64,000 nt of DNA, from the NCBI GenBank assembly GCA_004431415.1, contig QPMI01000511.1, positions 1 to 64,000 of the forward strand, read 5' to 3'. The notes under the pieces are model-generated. The model saw only the letters and a list, made by a program, of their open reading frames with translations, searched no databases and had not been told where the DNA came from. A program made the position numbers and the translations under genes. The stretch's first letter is position 1. Every line of letters begins with the position of its first letter. This DNA comes from Cyanophora paradoxa CCMP329. Lineage: Eukaryota; Plantae; Glaucophyta. Positions 60,069 to 64,000 of this stretch are shown in pieces.

Positions 60069-62001
60069 GTGGGACGGGGCGAACGGGCACGGGCACGGGG
60101 GGTACGGAGGGGAGGGCCACGGGTACGACGGCGCGTACCACGGCATGGCGGAGCAGGACGGCATCGAGGGCGAGTCGGGATCCGTCCGGTGCGCGGGGCG
60201 GGCGGCAGGCGGGCGGGCAGGCCCGGGGTGGGGCGGGCCCTGACGTCGTGGCAGGGAGTTCCCCGGACGGGAGGGGGGGCAGTACGCGGACTACTACGAC
60301 GTAGACGCGCCGGAGGCGGGGGCGGCGGGGCACGCGAACCCGTTCTTCGGGGAGGGCGCCGACGCCGCCGTCAACGCGAGCCTGGACCGCGCGAGCCTGC
60401 GCAGCCGCGCCACCGGCACCGACGGCTTCGGCTCCCCCGGCGGGCCCAGCGTGCCCCACTGCTCGGTCAACCTCGTGCTGCTCGCGCGGGCCGCGGAGCG
60501 CGAGCGGCGGGCGGCGCGGGCGGCGGCGGCGGGGGCCGGCGGGGGGGCCTCGGCTTCGGGGTGGGAGCAGCGGACGCAGGACGGGGACGGGAGCCTGCGG
60601 ATGTGGGACACGGAGACGCGGGACGCCTCCGTGGCCTCCGCGGCCGCCCCGGACGCCGCGCTGCCCCTCAAGCGCCGCACCCGCCGCAGCCGCTCCCGCC
60701 GCCGCCGCGGCGCCGGCGGGCGGCGCAGCGACCACGAGCGGTGCGCGGGCGGGGGGCGGGGGACGCGCTTCCGGCTGACCAGCGCGCGCCTCGCCTTGTC
60801 CGCCGGCAGGTCGCAGCCGCCGGCGTCGCCGGACAACGTCGTGCGGATCCTGGGGCTCCCCGAGATCCGCGTGCCGGCCATCACGAACAAGATCCGGCAG
60901 AACGAGGCCCTCTGGCGGGCCGTCCGGCGAGCCCTGGCGGAGCGCGAGGCGCGGCGGCAGCGGCGGCGGGGCGCGGGGCGAGCCCCTCGCGCCGCCACGG
61001 GGGCGGCGTCGACGAGAGCCTCGAGCTGCAGGAGGCCCAGGTGCCCGCCACGCCGCGCGCCCCGGCGGGGCCCGAGCGAGCGGGGGCGCGCAGGACGTGT
61101 TCGAGGGATCCTAGAGGGGCTGGGCGACCCCGGGGCGCTCCCCTCGGCGGGGGCCTTCGCGGGGGCGGCGGGGCGGGCGGCGCGGGCGCACTCGAGCTCG
61201 CCGGCGCGGCGGGGCCTGGAGGAGGGGCGGCTGGAGGAGCGGCTGCGGGCGCTGAAGGAGGAGACGGAGCGGGAGGCGGGGCGCTTCGGGTACCGCCGGC
61301 GCGCCGACGACCCCGCCCGGGGCCTCTCGCAGCGCCTCGAGGACGCCCTCTGGGCCGCCATCCGCGACTGGCACGACAAGGGGCCCCCGCCGCCGTCCGC
61401 CCCGCCCCCCTCCCCTCGCCCCGCGCAGCGCGGCTGAGGGGGCTGGCGGGGGCCAGGACGCGCGGGTGGCGGTCGCGAGGGCGGTGCGGCTCTTCCCGGC
61501 GCTGGAGCCGCCGGACCGGGCGCACGCGCTCCTCTCCGTCCTCTGCGCCCTCCAGGCCGAGCGCGCCCGCCTCATGCCCGCCAGCCCCGACCAGTCGGTC
61601 CGCGCCCCTCCCGCGCCGCCCCCTCCCGCCCCATCTCCCCTCACGGGCCCCCGGGGCGCCAGTTCGCGAGCTACGAGTCGCCGCGCGCCCGGGGCGCCGC
61701 CGCAGGGGACCGCGAGGGCGGCCTCGTGCCCGTCTCCGGCCTCAGGGAGGAGGACATTGCCGCCGTGCGCCCCCGTGTACCCCCGGAGGAACGCGTACCC
61801 CTGACTCGCCCGCCCCCGCAGATCGTTCCGATCCTCAAGGGCCACCTCACTGTGGTCGAGATGGCGGCGGACGGCCCGCCGGCGCTGCCCCGCCTGGGGG
61901 CGCCCAGGGGCCGGGGGAGGAGCCCGCCAAAGCAGCCGCAGAGCGCCCCCCGGGGGAGCCCCCCGCGGGGGGCGCGGAGCCCGCCGAAGAACAGGATATG
62001 A
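60069..62001 (+). pseudogene. Headless 3' fragment of the RhoGAP gene (duplicate)
   Basis: Copy begins mid-exon, after the GAP domain; no promoter or start. Confidence 0.65.
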
Positions 62002-62948
62002 ACCCGGCGCCGGACAAGACGGCCTCCTGCTGTGCGCTGCCGCACGCGAGGCACCCCTGGTGACGCGGCATACTGGTAGCGAAAACCGTTATTGCTAGGC
62101 TAGACTGCTACGGTGCTACGCTGGTAACACTGCTACCCCGGTAGCTCGCCGAGGCTCGAGGCCCGCCAAGACTCGTAACTCGTGAGCGGGCCAGGCGCAA
62201 AGCGCTGGGCGCTAGCTCCGAGGCTCTCAGGGCAGACTCGCGAGCTCTGCCAGGCTCTGACTCTATATAGCTAGCCTCTGATCCGGGGAGCTTCTCAGCG
62301 GCTGCAGCGCTAGTCTAGTAACGCTAGCTGCGCACTGCGGCAAGGCTGCATGCGCAGCCGTGAGTCCGTGACCGGAACACGTGACCCTAGCCATCAGCGC
62401 CGGGCGCGGCCGCTTGCAATTGCGGGCCAATTTGCGGCGGCGCCGGCGACCCGTCGACGCCGCGCCGGCGGGGCGTTACGCGTACGGTGAATGCGAACGT
62501 TGACGTCGACGACGCGACGTTAACTGGCGCCGGGCCGGCCGGAATTCGAATTCGAAGGCTCCCAGACGGGTGGGTTTTTTTAGTTTTTCGAGCCTGTACC
62601 CACATCAGCTAGCAAGAAACGCTTGGCGCAGGCAGCAGTCCGGCCGCTCTCTTACGAACCCGCAGGAGCAGAGGCATAGGAAAAAGCTTTGCAGACCGAT
62701 TCCGCGCCGCGCGCGCGGAGTTGCTAATAGTCGGAGGCGATCGCCCAACCATCTCGCGCACACAGCTAGCTATATCGTTGATGCGGTACTTCAGGATGGC
62801 TAACCGCTTGCTTGCCCCTTGAGCCCCAGCTGGCCGGCAGCGCAGGCCGCGCCACCGCTGCGCTCGCCCCTTGCTTTCCCGAGTAGTTGATCAGCCATAG
62901 CCCAGCTTATTCCCTTCTTGCCACGCTTCTCCCCAGCAGCCAGCCACC

Positions 62949-64000
62949 ATGGCAGCTGGACCTCGGATGAGCCTAAGCCCTGGAATGATGAATCTGCAGG
63001 CGGTTCTCCCGTACGTGCCCGGGGGATTGCTTGCAACTGCTCCGGGCATAGCCCAGCTGAAGGCGCTCCAGGCTGGCCAGGCACGACCCGCCAGCCGCCA
63101 GTCTCTCGCGCCCGCTGATCTGCCCCACAGAGGGTGTCCGTGGCGACATACGAGGGGGCCGGCTTGCTCCTCGACAGTGCGTTCCGCTCGCTGGCGGTCC
63201 AGCGGCGCACCGCTTGAACCCCGTTCGCAGTCGCCGGCTTCTCGGCCCTCGCTCGCGATCTCACGAGGAGTAACAGCTCGACCGCGTGCGAAAAGCTGAC
63301 GGAGACGCTGAACGGTCCGCCGGGACCAGCGCGCGCGCTCGCGGTCGGCGGCGGCTTGACCGGACCGGCCCGCAGCGTTCTTCCTGGAGCTCATGAAGCG
63401 CCTGCACAGTCGGGGCGTGGAGATCCTCCTCTTCGCCGGGGACGGTGCGCTCTGCGTCTGAGGTCGCCGGGGAGCGGCTGACGCGGCGGCCGCGCGCGCG
63501 CAGCGGTGCTGGCCTTCGTGGAGAGCAACGAGCGGCGGTCGATGGGCGACGCGATCCGCCTGGCGGCGGAGGCCGCCATCGCCGTCCAGTCCATGTCCTT
63601 CAAGCGCAACAAGCACCGCCTCGTCGCCCACACGGGCCTCGGTCCGCCCGCCCCCCCGGCCCCGCCGCCGCCCTCCCGCGCCCCCGCGGGGCCTCACGCG
63701 GGGCGGCGCAGGGGCCGGCTTCCTGCAGCAGAACCTGATCGCGGGGACGGAGCGGGCGGCGCAGGCGATCTACACGGGGGACCTGGTGCGGCAGGTGTGC
63801 GAGGCGCAGCGGAGCTCGAAGGACACGGACATCGTCGTCTCCCCCGAGGCCCTCGGGCTCCTCCAGCCCATCTCCAGCTTCGGCTTCGAGCCCGTCAGCG
63901 GCGGCTCCGCGCTGCACCGCCTCCTCCCGCACGCGCACCTCCCGGGCGGCCGCCTCGCCCTCGGGGCGCAGACCTCGCGCCCCTCCACCGCCGCCTTCTC
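62949..64000 (+). CDS. Second copy of the soluble adenylyl cyclase gene, 5' part
   Basis: Same as 48331-49381, with the FAGD frame intact (GCC GGG GAC). Confidence 0.8.

Larger units (their letters stand above)
60069..64000 (+). repeat. Direct second copy of 45458-49381 (runs off the window end)
   Basis: Same sequence at offset 14611-14619; the differences I found are all 1-nt G/C homopolymer indels. Confidence 0.97.

Noticed and set aside
1-64000. tRNA, rRNA, snRNA genes or autonomous transposons
   Set aside because: No cloverleaf, rRNA-like segment, or transposase/RT/integrase motif recognised by eye; tRNAscan-SE and Infernal would be needed to exclude them.

Overview
Very GC-rich eukaryotic genomic DNA, gene-dense and split by many short (~55-110 nt) spliceosomal introns, so the supplied ORF track is mostly misleading and genes were rebuilt by hand from splice signals and protein motifs. 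A cyanobacterial-type ABC1 kinase with a probable MQPAFV transit peptide suggests an alga with a primary plastid, possibly a glaucophyte (inference). Genes in order: DUF3253-family protein (5' end outside window), mitoribosomal mL59-like protein, RCC1-repeat protein, TmcB-like multi-TM protein, F-box/UvrD helicase (FBH1-like), membrane-anchored subtilase with seven PPC-like modules, plastid ABC1 kinase, Romo1/Mgr2, a small beta-rich protein, phospholipase D, an F-box protein, a RhoGAP-fold protein, a soluble adenylyl cyclase-STAND protein and a 5'-truncated TKL kinase, followed by a second copy of 45458-49381. Best finding: the DUF3253 gene has an in-frame TGA (38-40) at the family's conserved Cys (T-C-U-P-S-E) and a well-formed type II SECIS at 429-489, i.e. 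a candidate selenoprotein in a family I do not recognise as Sec-containing. Other signals: frequent GC-AG introns, introns with self-complementary ends, an A to A-A'-A palindrome-generating mutation signature in noncoding DNA, and a 14.6 kb tandem duplication or misassembly. All family assignments come from motif recognition, not database searches; many exon boundaries are approximate.
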